The notes below the pieces were generated by a model. It had not been told where the DNA came from, did no database searches, and saw only the letters and a list, made by a program, of their open reading frames with translations. A DNA stretch of 64,000 nt from Octopus bimaculoides (lineage: Eukaryota), in NCBI RefSeq assembly GCF_001194135.2, contig NC_069007.1, forward strand, positions 5,585,296 to 5,649,295, read 5' to 3'. Made by a program: the position numbers and the translations under genes. Of the stretch, positions 12,316-25,257 are shown piece by piece. Numbering within the stretch: position 1 is the first letter of the stretch; each line of letters begins with the position of its first letter.

Positions 12316-12639
12316 TTAAGTATTTGTGTGTATTATGTACATACACACACGCACATACACATTCATATACATGTACGCTCACACACACATGTATACACAC
12401 ACCCACATATGTATATACACACAGAAATATATATGCATATATAAATTTTTGTGTGCAGTGTATGTATATGGTGTGTGTGTGTGTGTGTGTGCGTGTGTAT
12501 GTGTGCATGTTGTTAATCTACATAAAAGTTTGAAAACACACAAGCCAAGAGAAAGCCACAAGGTATTAAAGGCATTAGCTAATCCATGCAGGAAAGCCGG
12601 CTCCACTTATCTGGATATGTCACATGAATAGTTGACGAG

Positions 12640-12770
12640 GGTTGGAGAAAAATGGGCTGTTGATGGGGGAAGGTACCAGTGTATGAGAAACAATATGAGA
12701 AAAAGTAATGAGGTCAGATCTCAGGATGTTGCGCTGCACAAATGAGCTGACAAAAGACTGAGAATAGAAG
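12640..12770 (+). mobile_element. Very old RTE-like ORF end fragment
   Basis: EKVMRSDLRMLRCTNELTKD resembles the RTE terminal DEVV..DL..L.LT..MT.DR motif. Confidence 0.3.
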
Positions 12771-12900
12771 AGGAGCTGGCGTGCATGACTGATAGCTAGT
12801 ATTTCTTTTAAAATAGAACAAGCTGACATGAATTTGAGAAGAGACGAGGAGTAATTATACTGTTCAGCAGACACTTTGTGCCAACATTATAACCATTCTT

Positions 12901-13289
12901 GTGGAGACACAATGGCCCAGTGGTTAGGGCAGCGGACTCGCGGTCATAGGATCGCGGTTTTGATTCCCAGACCGGGCATTGTGAGTGTTTATTGAGCGGA
13001 AACACCTAAAAGCTCCATGAGGCTCCGGCAGGGGATGGTGGCGAACCCTGCTGTACTCTTTCACCACAACTTTCTCTCACTCTTACTACCTGTTTCTGTT
13101 GTGCCTGTATTTCAAAGGGTCCGCCTTGTCACACTGTCACGCTGAATATCCCCCAAGAACTACGTTAAGGGTACACGTGTCTGTGGAGTGCTCAGCCACT
13201 TGCACGTTAATTTCACGAGTAGGCTGTTCCGTTGATCGGATCAACTGGAACCCTTGACATCATAAGCGACGGAGTGCCAACAACAACAA
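12901..13289 (+). mobile_element. SINE family B (tRNA-derived, (CAA)n tail), full length with TSD
   Basis: A box TGGCCCAGTGG, B-box-like GGTTTTGATTCC; TSD ATAACCAT(T/C)CTT at 12889-12900 and 13290-13301. Confidence 0.9.
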
Positions 13290-13702
13290 ATAACCATCCT
13301 TATTATCATCATCGTCACCATGACCTCCAGCACCATGACCACCAACATTGATAGTGTGGGAAGGTGAGGCTTGCATGCATGACCAATGGCTAGTGTTTCT
13401 TTAAAAACGAAAATGAGCAGACGCAAATTTGGAGAGAACTGCGATTATACTGAATGGTCGTCACTTTGTGCCATCATCATAATCATCATCAACATCACTT
13501 ACATGCACAAGCTTCTGTCAGTTTCCATCAAACAAAATCCACTGTTAAGGCTTTGGTCAGCCAGGGTCTATAGAAGAAGACACAAGCCCAAGGTGCCATG
13601 CTATGGAACTGAACCTGAAACTGTGGGGTTTGTAAGCAAACTTCTTACCACACAGCTATGCCTGCATCTAAAGAAAATGCTATTAAGTAGTATACACATC
13701 CA

Positions 13703-13739
<37 letters not shown>

Positions 13740-14287
13740 CAAACACATATCTTGTACTTGCTATGCACACACACACACACACACACGCCTTTAACTTTTT
13801 GCAGTCATTGGACATTGACCATGCTGGAGCACCACATTAAAGGGTATAGCCAAACAAATTAACCCCAGTACTTTTCTTTCACTCCAATGATTATTCTATT
13901 GATCTCATTTGTTGAAATGCTAAGTTATATGGACATTAAAAAACCCAACAACAGTCATCAAGAGGTGGAGGAACACACATACATANNNNNNNNNNNNNNN
14001 NNNNNNNNNNNNNNNNNNNNNNNNNNNNNNNNNNNNNNNNNNNNNNNNNNNNNNNNNNNNNNNNNNNNNNNNNNNNNNNNNNNNNNNNNNNNNNNNNNNN
14101 NNNNNNNNNNNNNNNNNNNNNNNNNNNNNNNNNNNNNNNNNNNNNNNNNNNNNNNNNNNNNNNNNNNNNNNNNNNNNNNNNNNNNNNNNNNNNNNNNNNN
14201 NNNNNNNNNNNNNNNNNNNNNNNNNATATCATATACATAGACATGTATATATATCTTACACACACATGTATATATACATATTTGTAT

Positions 14288-14318
<31 letters not shown>

Positions 14319-16702
14319 ACATATAGATATATATCAACAGTATTTTCACAGATAAAATGCAACATCAATGAAAATAAAGAAATTAACAAATCACGTTACT
14401 TAAAGAGTTACATTATGCAATTTAAAGTAAAAATGATAAAGTGTTATTAACTTCACGACTGATATAATAAAAACTGATATTTATACTTTATATAGATTGC
14501 CTCAGATAAAACAAAAGACAGAAAAATACAAACAAATAATAATAAAAACTATAATAGAGCAACTAATTTGTTTGCTCAGTCATAATTTCGAAAATAAATC
14601 GTATGTTTAAACGACTGTGATAAGGTAAATTTTTTCAAATTTTGGAAAATTATAGTTAAACAGTAAATTTGAGAATATCTAAATCAAATATAAACGAGCA
14701 TTCTTGATGTTGTCATTGTTGGTGGTGTTGTTAGTGGTGGTAATAGAGTTGTTCTGTTGTTAATGTATTGATAATGGTGATTGTGTAGATGCACCGAGTT
14801 TCACCACCAAAAGACTCATTAAGTTTTGGTGATTTGTTGATAATTTTAGTGAGCAAAATAGGATATTGCTGTTTAGGAATGTAAAGAAGTTTGCCATAAG
14901 TATTGATCGATTGTTATCTTACAGTGGCTGGTTCAAATCTTTATTAGGAATTCAGTGAATTTAGATATAATAATGATTTCCTTATAACTAATCTGGTAAG
15001 TATGGAAACGGTTTTGTTTTTTGTTTTTTTTTCTGAGGAAGTCAGATAAAATAAGACTGAAACATGTCAGAAGTTGTTGCCCATATTAAGCAAGATCAGG
15101 GCAAGTGTTTTCTATTACAGCTGAAAGCCGACCAAGGTACTGTGAGTGGATTTTGCAGATGGGTGTCATTCGTTTCCCGTCTTCAGTGAAAATATATCCA
15201 AAAGTGAGGAAAATATTTCCTTACTTAGAAACAGATGAGTGTTAGTGACAGGAAGAACATTCAGCCAAAGAAAATCTACCTCAAGGAATTCTACTCGACC
15301 TGAGAAAGCATGGAAGTGAAGACACTAAAAACGATGATGATAATAGGATAATGAAGATGATGACAATGATGACACTTTCCATAAATTTTTATCTTCAAAT
15401 TCAAAACAGTTTTCCTTAAAATTCCATATCAAGTGTACCAATAATCTCAAGTTCTCTATGCAAAATGCTCCGGTTAATTTTTCTTTTTCCATCTCTTTTT
15501 TTTTTGTTTTTATTTTGATTCCCACTGTGCTACAAAGTCAAAATTATCAAGACCCCCTGACCTAAGCAAGCAACAACACTAACAACAACAACAACAACAA
15601 CAACAGCAGTAGCTATACTATGAAATTTTCCAAGTCATGAAGATATCTGTTTTGTAATTGGAAACAAAACAAAACAAATTAAAAAACAAATGCAATGTTT
15701 ATTTCAGAAAACTAAAATGGTTTTTTGGAATGCATAACATTGGCGCCCCACAGATTAGTACTTAATAGATTTTAAAGTTTGTTGAAAATTTTCTTTAATC
15801 AGCGTCTCCACCATCCTCCGTTCTACTTTATGTTCTGAGTCTGATTGAGAGCAATTGGTGCGATTGACCTAAAGCTATCGTTGTTGGATAAACACTTACT
15901 TCTCAAGTAACAAATAACTCGAAAAAAAAAAACAACGAAAAAAACATAGATGTTAACTGACTGATATCTATTAAAATTATCGATCCCCATCTCTACACCA
16001 CCATCACCACCACCATCATTACGACTACAACCAGTAGCATCACAAATGCTATTGCTGTTCTTTCTTTTGTTTATTTTGTATTCTTTTATGCTCTGAAAGA
16101 TAACCAAAACTGAGAAAATTACCAAAATATTTTTATTATTTTTTTCTTGTTTTTTTTCCTTGTCTAATTTCAACGCTTCAGACTTTGTATACGGCTGTCA
16201 ACCACTTTGTTTGAAGATTTCTTCTTTCTTTCTTTTTAAAATGTATACTTACAATGTTTTCTTTTCTTTTTTTTAGTCAAAAACCCATTATTTTAAACTT
16301 ATAATTTTGTATACCAATATCTTTTATCAGTCAAATGAATTCTATCCTTCTCTCTCTCTCTCACTCTCTCTCTCTCCCTCTCTCTCTCTCTCCCTCTCTC
16401 TCTCTCCATCTGTTAGGGAATCAGTCAAAAGTAAACTTTTATCAATCAAAACTAAACTTCTCTTGTTCTTACAAACTGGCAGAAACGTTAACATACTCGA
16501 CAAAATTCTTTGCCACATGTCTTCTAATGTTTCCTCCTGAAGCCAACTGTATCTTTTATCCTTCTGGGAGTCAGTTAAATAAAGTTCTATTCAAGTACTA
16601 GGACCTATGTAATCAACTGTCCCCTTCACCATAAAATTTCAGGTCATGTGCCCAAGTAGAAAGAGTTATTATTATTATCATTATTATTATTATTATTATT
16701 AT

Positions 16703-17244
16703 TGAGTGAGAGAGCTGTGTATGCCATCAAAGTGACACTGGGGTAAAATATACGAAGCCCAGTATACCCATCATACCCATCATGACTACCCGTCTGATAA
16801 GGGTACACCAGGCACATGCATCACAACCATATGTGCATGACATGACGATCTCATATCATGATAAACAGCACATGACCTCGCAGGTGGGGCCCAGTTAGAA
16901 TTTTCTTCAGGTCGAGTAGCCCATCCTGCTCAAAAGGTCCCTGAATAAGGTCTGTTTACGGATGTTCAGCAAAACACCCATGTTTCCAAAGGTGAATTAT
17001 TAAAACCCCAAAGAATTTCTCTCAACACATGGCTATGATGCTCCCCCACTACTTCTGCTCATGATCAGAGATGCACATATCGTCAGCCACCAAGGGACAT
17101 GCTCAACTGGTTAAGGTCAAACAACTGACAAGCAAATCTGTGGTATTGAGCAGAATATTTGCTGTATTTTATACCAAGACAAAACAGTGTCCATGATAAC
17201 ACTTCCAATTCTTTAAGATCAGAAGCCATGAGAGCCACTGCCTG
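16703..17244 (-). mobile_element. Family E, near full-length ~540-bp element without a tRNA head, embedded in ATT/ATC microsatellites
   Basis: Four copies in the window (9704, 11152, 16703, 61631); no ORF; (TAA)n at the inferred 3' end. Confidence 0.85.
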
Positions 17245-17329
17245 TATCATCATCATCATCATCATCATCATCATTAATATTATCATTATTATTATTATTA
17301 TTATTATTAAAGTGATGAACTGATAGATT

Positions 17330-17890
17330 ATTAGTGCTAAACAAAATGCTTAGTGATATTTCTTTCATTCCCTTACAATATAAGTTCAAATTCCACTGGG
17401 GTTGAATAACTTTCATTCTTTTTGGGGTCAATAAAATAAGGTACCACTTGAGGACTGGAGTTGATGTAATCAAATTACCCCACCCCTCAAAACTACTGGT
17501 CATCAGCCTAAAAGCCAATAAATAATTATTATTGTTAAGAATCATTGGATGGCAAGCTGACAGAATCATTAGCATGCTGGGAAAAATGCATAGTGGTATT
17601 TCATCTGTCTGTATGTTTTGGGTTCAAATTCCACCTAAGCTCACTTTGTCTTTTATCTTTTCATGGTAAATACAAGCCGAACATTGGGATTGATGGAATC
17701 GATTAACCCACTCTTTGAAATTGCTAGCCTTGTGCCAAAATTTGAAACCATTATTAAGAATCATTAGAATGCTGATAGAGATGCCTTTAGTATTGTTTTT
17801 CCTTATTTTGTTCTGAACTTAAAACCCAGGGAGGTCAAGATTACATTCCTTATTTCAGAGTTGATAAAATAAAGTACCAGTAATAAACTA
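17330..17890 (+). mobile_element. Cluster of three decayed SINE family D copies
   Basis: Repeated GAGTTCAAATTCC..CTTTCATCCTTT..GATAAAATAAGTACCAG motif; further copies at ~1060, 9900, 16470, 18880, 19190, 20630, 48725, 51020(-), 52000, 52470, 61765. Confidence 0.7.
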
Positions 17891-17959
17891 TGAGCCTAGT
17901 CTATGTCATTAACCGTTCCTGCCACTCATTACTGCCGGCTTTGTCCATAAATTAGGACC

Positions 17960-18760
17960 AGTTCTAAGGCATGCCTTCCTGCAGCTCATTACATTGTTGG
18001 GGCTGCAGTCCTGGGTCACAAAGAGGCCAAGTTTGGCCACCTGACACATGGAAGGCAGTCGGGCACACACTGCCCTCCATCAGTCAAGCTACATGGTTGG
18101 TGGAAGTTCTATGTTGGTAATATATAGAAATCTAGCAGTGGTTAAATGTGATGATGTTCTTGGAGAAACTCTAGGTGTTCACAGGAATGAACTAGCTGAT
18201 CTGTTTTGGAGGCCTTTGGGGATCAGTACTATCATGGATAACTTTGAGAAATCCCTGGCTTTGAGGAGTGTTGCTGGTTTGAGATAAACTCAACAGGCAC
18301 AGAAGTGCTGCCAGGCAGGACTGTCCAAGATCCATGCAGAGTGACAAAATCGTTCTGCACTCACTTGTGCAGTGATTGAGTATTGCTGATGTGTGGAGTT
18401 ATGTCAAGCAGTTGTCACATGTGGGAGAAATCCAATGATCAGCTGAATCCAGTGTGAGGATCGCCCCATCTCCAAAGCAGGGCAGGTGATGTTCTGTTAT
18501 CCAGTGGCTATGATGAAAGAGATCGTGTGGTGGATGAAGCTGAAAGGATTGAGGAAAAATACTTTCCTCTTTGGTCAAGGCCTCATCATCAATTTTTTAA
18601 AGTTCCATTTGAAAAGGAAAGTGAGGGAGGAAAGGTAAGTGCTCTCTCTCTCCCAATGAATTTGTGGAAAGACAGGTGACTGTTGCAAAAATGGTTAGGG
18701 TGAATGGGTCTACTCCAAGTAGATGCCTGTTGATTGGAGAGCAACAGTTTGATGCAGGTT
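17960..18760 (+). mobile_element. L1/Tx1-type LINE ORF2 C-terminal relic
   Basis: Reads (stops, frameshifts) DKLNRHRSAARQDCPRSMQSDKIVLHSLVQ*..VWSYV..MKEIVWW..KFHLKRKVR, a decayed CCHC-knuckle region of L1/Tx1 ORF2. Confidence 0.65.
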
Positions 18761-19054
18761 CATGCCTTTGGTGATCAGGGTAATCCTAGGGTCTGTGAGG
18801 TTCCTTGATTGGTCCCAGTTGGAATTTCTCCTGTATCATTCGTGTTATCACAAACTTTGTATACTATACATACTTCTAGTTTACATTCTGAGTTCAAATC
18901 CTGCAAAAGTCAACTTTGCCTTTCATCCTTTCGGCACCGAGAAAATAAGTACCAACCAAGCACTGGCGGTCAAAATAACCAAGCAGCCTACTAATCACTA
19001 CTAACCTGCTGCTAATCAACTAACCGATTCCTCTTTGGCCAAAATTTGGATACA

Positions 19055-19172
19055 AGAGTGTGAGCTGTCCAACTCACTGGACACAATAGAATAAATAGAG
19101 TGTGAGCTGTCCAACTCACTGGACACAATAGAATAAATAGAGTGTGAGCTGTCCAACTCACTGGACACAATA
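19055..19172. repeat. Perfect 42-bp tandem repeat, 2.8 copies
   Basis: AGAGTGTGAGCTGTCCAACTCACTGGACACAATAGAATAAAT at 19055, 19097 and 19139 (partial). Confidence 0.95.
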
Positions 19173-19964
19173 CTTGTTAGCTTTACTTCTGGGTCATTAC
19201 ATTCTGAGTTTGAATTCTGCCAGGGTCAATAGAATGAATACCAGTTAGGTACTGGGGGTCAATGATGTAATCGACTGGTCCCTTTCTCTAGAATTTCAGG
19301 CCTTGTGTGTAACTACTAATTACCCATCTAACCAATTAATTAAATTGATTGTTTGATTAATTGTCTACTCACTCAATCAATCAGCTAGTGTGATCAAAGG
19401 ACTTTTGATAACTTACGTGGCATTATCAATGACAAGCTCTCTCTATACCAAATCTGATTGGGGCTTGATCATTGTTCTCTTAGACTGGCCTTTTTTTTAA
19501 TTATTTTTTTTCTATTAACTTATTACGTGTATCATTCTGAAGTTGATAAAATAAAGTATCGGCAAAAAGCTGAGTTGATTTATATATTCTGATAATGCAG
19601 ATCACAAAACTGCTGCTGGTGAAGTACAAAAAGCGGTAAAAAGTATGAAAATTTCTTTAGACTTTATCAAAGATTAAAAAAAAAAACGGAAATATTTTGG
19701 ACACCTAATTTGAAAACATGTCTCACAAAAGAGAGAGAAAGAGGGGAAGGAAACAGAGAGGGGGGGGGAGACAGTGAGTGATATCAGAAAGTAAAATGGA
19801 TGGGAAAAGAGAGAAGGAAAGGTGGTAGGAAGAAGAATTATTTGGATGATATGAAGAACTGGACAGATTTAAAATACGGAGAATCTATAATAAGGATATC
19901 AGAAGGAAAAATTCAGATAGCAATCCATGGCATTCACCCTGCTGAGTGTAGATGACACATGATG

Positions 19965-20152
19965 ATGATGAGGATGATGATGATGATGATGATGATAATG
20001 ACGATGGTGGTGATGATGATAATGATGATGATGATGAAAGTGGTGATGATGATGATGGATGCCTTGTAGATGTGAAAGGAATTACATCAGAAGAAAATAT
20101 CTGTGACATTCTATGGAATGGAATTAATAATATTTTATTATTATTATTTGTT

Positions 20153-20218
<66 letters not shown>

Positions 20219-20280
20219 ATGGCAGTAATAAGAATAATATGTAAAAGAAGAACAAGAACCACCAGAACAACAACAACAAC
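19965..20280. repeat. (GAT)n, (AGT)n, (AAC)n trinucleotide mosaic
   Basis: Direct inspection; source of the poly-D/V/T/S ORFs. Confidence 0.95.
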
Positions 20281-20821
20281 AACAGGAATTGAGTATTTGA
20301 TTGCTCGTTTGATGGAGAGAGAGAGAGGGAGAGAGAAATCATTATATTTGATTGACAAAAATGGTATTGCATTACAAAATTGTAAGTTTAAAATAATGGG
20401 CTTTTGATTCCAGAAAATGAAAAACAAAACAACAGCTAAAAAAAAAAAAAAGGTAAAGACAGCAGAGAAGATCTTAGGAAAAAAAAAGAATTGGTTGACA
20501 GATGTATGTAAAACCTGAAGTGTTGAAATTGGACAACAATAAACAAAAAAGTAAATAAAAGAAATGGTAATTCTTCCTGTCTTAAATATCTTTATCATCA
20601 TCGTCATCATCATCATCATCATTATTATTATGAAGGTGGTGAGCTGGCAGAGTGGTTAGCATGCTGAGCAAAATACTTAGCTACCTTCTGAGTTCAAATT
20701 CTTCCAAGGTCTACTTTGCCTTTTATCCTTTTGGGGGTTGATAAATTGAAACACTGGGGTCGATGTAATCAACTTTACCCCTTAATTTCAGGCCTTGTGC
20801 CTTTAGCAGAAAGGATTATTA

Positions 20822-20852
<31 letters not shown>

Positions 20853-20878
20853 CATTATTATTATTATCATTATCATCA

Positions 20879-21456
20879 GCTTTCAATTCTGTTCCCATTT
20901 CTTGCAGAGTGTCTTCCTAACACCTAGGGCAGAGAAACTCACTGTCTACATTGGTAGGCCATTAAAATAAAGACACCAGATTGTTCATTTACAAAGTGAT
21001 GTGATAGAGAAGAAAGGGAAGAAAGCCAGAGAGAAAAAGGGAAAAAATAAAAAAATAGAAAAGTAAACAAATAAAATAAAGGGGGGAAAAAGGAAAGAAA
21101 ATTCACAGCGAGACAATTCTCTTCTCAATACGTATGACCTACCAGTTAAGACAATCTTTTGTACTTCTTGCATGGTAATCCAGGCATCATTCTCAAATAA
21201 TTTTCAGTCCCCTGTTTTTGATCATTTCAAGTGCTCCTACAATCACTGGTATTGTAACGATCTTGCGATGCTACATTTTTTTCAAATTCAATCAGCAATT
21301 TTTAAGATATTTTCTGAGCTTATCAAACTCTTTTGCTGAGATATTGTGATCACAAAGCACGCTCATGTCGATCAATAGACAGACTTTATTGTTTTGGTCT
21401 TTCATAACAACATCTGGTTTATTAACTTTGATGGTTTGGTTTGTACATACTGGAAA
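20879..21456 (-). mobile_element. R4/Dong-type (RLE-class) non-LTR retrotransposon 3' end, restriction-like endonuclease relic, tail in (TAA)n
   Basis: FPVCTNQTIKVNKPDVVMKDQNNKVCLLIDMSVLCDHNISAKEFDKLRKY..TIPVIVGALEMI..MQEVQKIVLTG..VLRR matches the PD-(D/E)xK REL domain; (ATT)n at 20815-20875. Confidence 0.85.
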
Positions 21457-21534
21457 ACAGACACTGAATGATGATGATGATGGTGATGATGATGATGATG
21501 ACGATGGCGATGATGATGATGACAACAACAAGTG

Positions 21535-21988
21535 TTAGTTCTTTTGATACTAACCCATCTCAGTCTCTAACTAGTCCCATGATACAAATTTTTGGTTCTT
21601 AACTTGATTTTATTTAAAGCTTTCCAACAAAATTCCATGTTATGTTCCAAACATCAACTTAATAATGACAGTTATTTTACAAAATTCTTCATCATTTTCA
21701 AAATCAATTGAAACAAAGACAGTTTATCTCAACAGAAATACGGTAACAAAAGAGCTAAAACCATTCAGATGCCAACCTCCCTGAGGCTGCCTCAAGATCT
21801 ATAACACAAATTCCACCTTACTCTAACCTAAATTAAGACTGCCCTTCAAAATTTCATGTTAATTTATTTTCCAAACACCAGCTTAATGACAAAATTATTT
21901 TACAAATTTCTTCATTATTTTCAAAATTAATTTGAACAAAGGTAGAATATTTCATCAGAAATATGGAATATGCTGACAAAAAAGTTAA
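21535..21988. mobile_element. piggyBac-like MITE family G, third tandem dimer
   Basis: Ends resemble CCCTTTTGATACC and GGTAACAAAAGGG; second copy starts at ~21759 and ends AAAAGTTAA. Confidence 0.6.
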
Positions 21989-22154
21989 AATTGAACAGTT
22001 TTAAATGAAGCAGGTTTTTAAAATTAACAACTGGTTTTCATTTTAAGAAAAAAAATCTTGAATTGATATTTTAATCTGCGAAGTAAATTCACCATAATAC
22101 TTGTGTTTCTCTTATAAAACGACAGAAAAATATAATCTAGCAGGATTGGAACAT

Positions 22155-22312
22155 AGGCATGGCTGTATGGTAAGAAGCTTGCATCCCAACTCCATGGTTC
22201 CAGGCTCAATCCCAATGCATGGCATATTGGACAAGTATCTTCGACTATAACCTCAGGCTGACCAAAGCCTTATTAATAGATCTGATGGATGGAAACTGAA
22301 AGAAGCCCATCG

Positions 22313-22354
<42 letters not shown>

Positions 22355-22895
22355 TGTCTGAGTTTCTCCCTCACCACCTCCACTTGACAGCTTGTGTTGG
22401 TTTGTATACATCCCTGTAACATAACAGTTTGGCAAAAGAAGTCAATAAAATCAGTAGCTGGCTTAAAACAATAAGTCCTGATGTCAATTTGTTTGACTAA
22501 AACCCTTCAAAGAGGTGCCCCAGTATGGCCACAGTCAAATGACCGAAACAAATAAAAGATAAAAGATAACAGGTTTTGAACACAGGCATGGCTGTGTGGT
22601 AAGAGGCTTGCTTCTCAACCACATGGTTCCAGGTTCAGTCCCATTGCATGGCACTTTGAACCTTGGGCTGACCAAAGCCTTGTGAGTGGATGTGGTAGAT
22701 GGAAACTGAAAGTTCATCATATATATATATATCCATATATATACATATATATATTTATGTGTGCGTGTATCTTTGTAAGCCTAGTACTTATTCTATCAGT
22801 TTCTTTTGCCGAACCGCAAAGTTACGGGGACGTAAACACACCAGCATCGGTTGTCAAGCGATGTTGGGCGGACAAACACAGACACACAAACATAT

Positions 22896-22942
<47 letters not shown>

Positions 22943-23100
22943 TATATACGACGGGCTTCTTTCAGTTTCCGTCTACCAAATCCACTCACAAGGCTTTGGT
23001 CGGCCTGAGGCTATAGTAGAAGACACTTGCCCAAGGTGCCACGCAGTGGGACTGAACCCGGAACCATGTGGTTGGTAAGCAAGCTACTTACCACACAGCG
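22155..23100. mobile_element. Three SINE family A copies: old full (+, 22155-22568), head fragment (+, 22585-22720), young (-, 22771-23100)
   Basis: Similarity to family A as seen at 7893-8292. Confidence 0.85.
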
Positions 23101-23874
23101 TCTCCTGAACCTTTGCTCAAGAATACTATGCATTCGCACTTCCCAGTCTGAGAATCGAAACTATAATCTTGCAATCACAAGTGTAACACTCTTACCACCA
23201 GACCATCTTCACCAAATAAATACTGACTGGCTTAAAATTCAATGCTCCACTGGTTTCAGACAGTTTATTGTTTCTGGAGACAAAGTGACTAAATTGTGGC
23301 TGTCAATTTCGACCATTTTCTTTAAAAACCAGTACATTGCATTAAAAATTAATGTTTACAAAATAACTTTGTAAATTAAAATATTAATTAATGATTTTTA
23401 TTACTGTTTTTGGTTAAATAGAAAGCTATGCAATTATGAAAACATACTTCGTTTAAAACCGTTTAATTTTAATTAAGTGTTTTCAGTGACAGGATAATTA
23501 TTATTTATGCATTTATTTTGTTTAATTATTTTCCATTGTTATTTAACCTCCACACATCTTAGCTCAGATTGAGCAAGATTGCTTCTCATCGGATGATCAG
23601 AGGTGTTCCAGCTATAACCTTACCATTTAAAAAAATTTTTCATTGTAAATTATCATCACCATCATCACCATCATGATCGTCATCAACACCATAACCATCG
23701 ATGTCATCTTCGTCACTTCCATCATCATTGTCATCATCATCATTATTATCATGATTGTCATTGTTGTCATCGCCATCATCATCATCAAGACCATCACCAT
23801 TGTTGTTGTCATCGCCACCACCGCCGCCATTATATATATATAATCACCATCATCAGTTAACATCCTTCTTTCTA

Positions 23875-24950
23875 TTAGGTCATCCCATAAATAATGTTTT
23901 TTTTATACTTCTTATTTTTATTTTTCCAAATTCAAATAAACGAAGTTCTTTTTTAATCTGAAATATACTCTCCTTCGTTTTATACAATGTTCTTCCATTT
24001 ATTTGGTAGACTTGTAAGGCCCTTCTTCCAAAATTCCCTTGTACATCATCATCGTTCATCATCGTTTAAATGTCCGCCTTCCATGCTAGCATGGGTTGGA
24101 CGATTTGACTGAGGACTGGTGAAACCGGATGGCAACACCAGGCTCCAATCTAATTTGACAGAGTTTCTACAGCTGGATGCCCTTCCTAATGCCAACCACT
24201 CAGAGAGTGTAGTGGGTGCTTTTACGTGTCACCCGCACGAAAACGGCCACGCTCAAAATGGTGTCTTTTATGTGCCACCCGCACAAGAGCCGTAATGTAA
24301 AATACTCCTCCAGTACTGTTCTGACTTTGTCTGCAGAATTCATATTTTTTCTGTCCAAATGACTTTGAAGACTACGGAATAAATAATAATCAGATGGGGC
24401 CATGTCCAGCAAATATGGTGGGTGGGGCATTATTTCCTCTTCAAACTGCTCCAGCCTTTGAAATATCATCCTCACTGTATGTGGCTAAGCATTATCCTGA
24501 TGGAAGAACACCTTTCATCTTGAAACCAAAGATGGTCGTTTTTCTTCTAGCATTGCTCACAGTAGATCTCCCTTGTTATTGTTTGGTTTGGGTTGAGGCT
24601 CGTCTTCTAGGTTTTAGTTTCCAGCTTGGAATTCCTGGAACCGCCTTTGACACTTGCTTATGCTATTTGTCCAATCCCCATATACTGCATTAATATTCCT
24701 CACATTTTCCATTGCGTTGTTGCCTTTATTGAACTCATAAAGCAAAATATACAAAATATGCTCCTTTGTCACTTCCATTACAGCTTTGAAAAAATAAAAC
24801 TGCACTTGTCAAAACTCGCACTAAGAATAAGTACCAAATAAAATTACTACCTGGTTTTATAGCAAATTGATGCAGGTAGTTTATCCCATCCTCCTCTGTC
24901 TTTTATTTCATGCAATTGAGAAAAACCACATTATTTATGGGATGACCTAA
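23875..24950 (-). mobile_element. Internally deleted mariner (DD34D-type) with intact TIRs and TA TSD; family C insertion at ~24044-24294
   Basis: TIRs TTAGGTCATCCCATAAATAATG / CATTATTTATGGGATGACCTAA flanked by TA; MEVTKEHILYILLYEFNKG HTH start and HPPYLLDMAPSDYYLFRSLQ motif. Confidence 0.92.
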
Positions 24951-25200
24951 TATATTGGCTTGTGTTGAGCAGTTTGATAAAAACATATAAGCTAGAGGGT
25001 TCTGCCAGGTTCCATATCTGCTTTGGCATTGAATTCTACAGCTGGATGCCTTTCCTAACACCAACCACCTAACAGAGTGTACTGGGTGTTTTTTATATGA
25101 CTTCAGCAACCGTCAGGTACATGGCAATGTACCTGCAAGCTAAGACCCCCACCCCACCCCCAATTGAGCAGGGTATAGAATGGAGGGAGATGAAACTAGG

Positions 25201-25257
<57 letters not shown>

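Noticed and set aside
14925-14995. Plus-strand exon candidate (CTTACAG..CTG|GTAAGT)
   Set aside because: Good splice sites but stops in all frames; the shorter 48-nt option (EFSEFRYNNDFLITNL) is unrecognisable and has no partner exons
19055-19172. CRISPR-like array
   Set aside because: Units are contiguous with no unique spacers, no cas genes, eukaryotic context
24108-24130. CTGAGGA..GAAAC in the family C tail as a hammerhead
   Set aside because: Only 5 nt between the motifs, no stem II, no matching stem I or III
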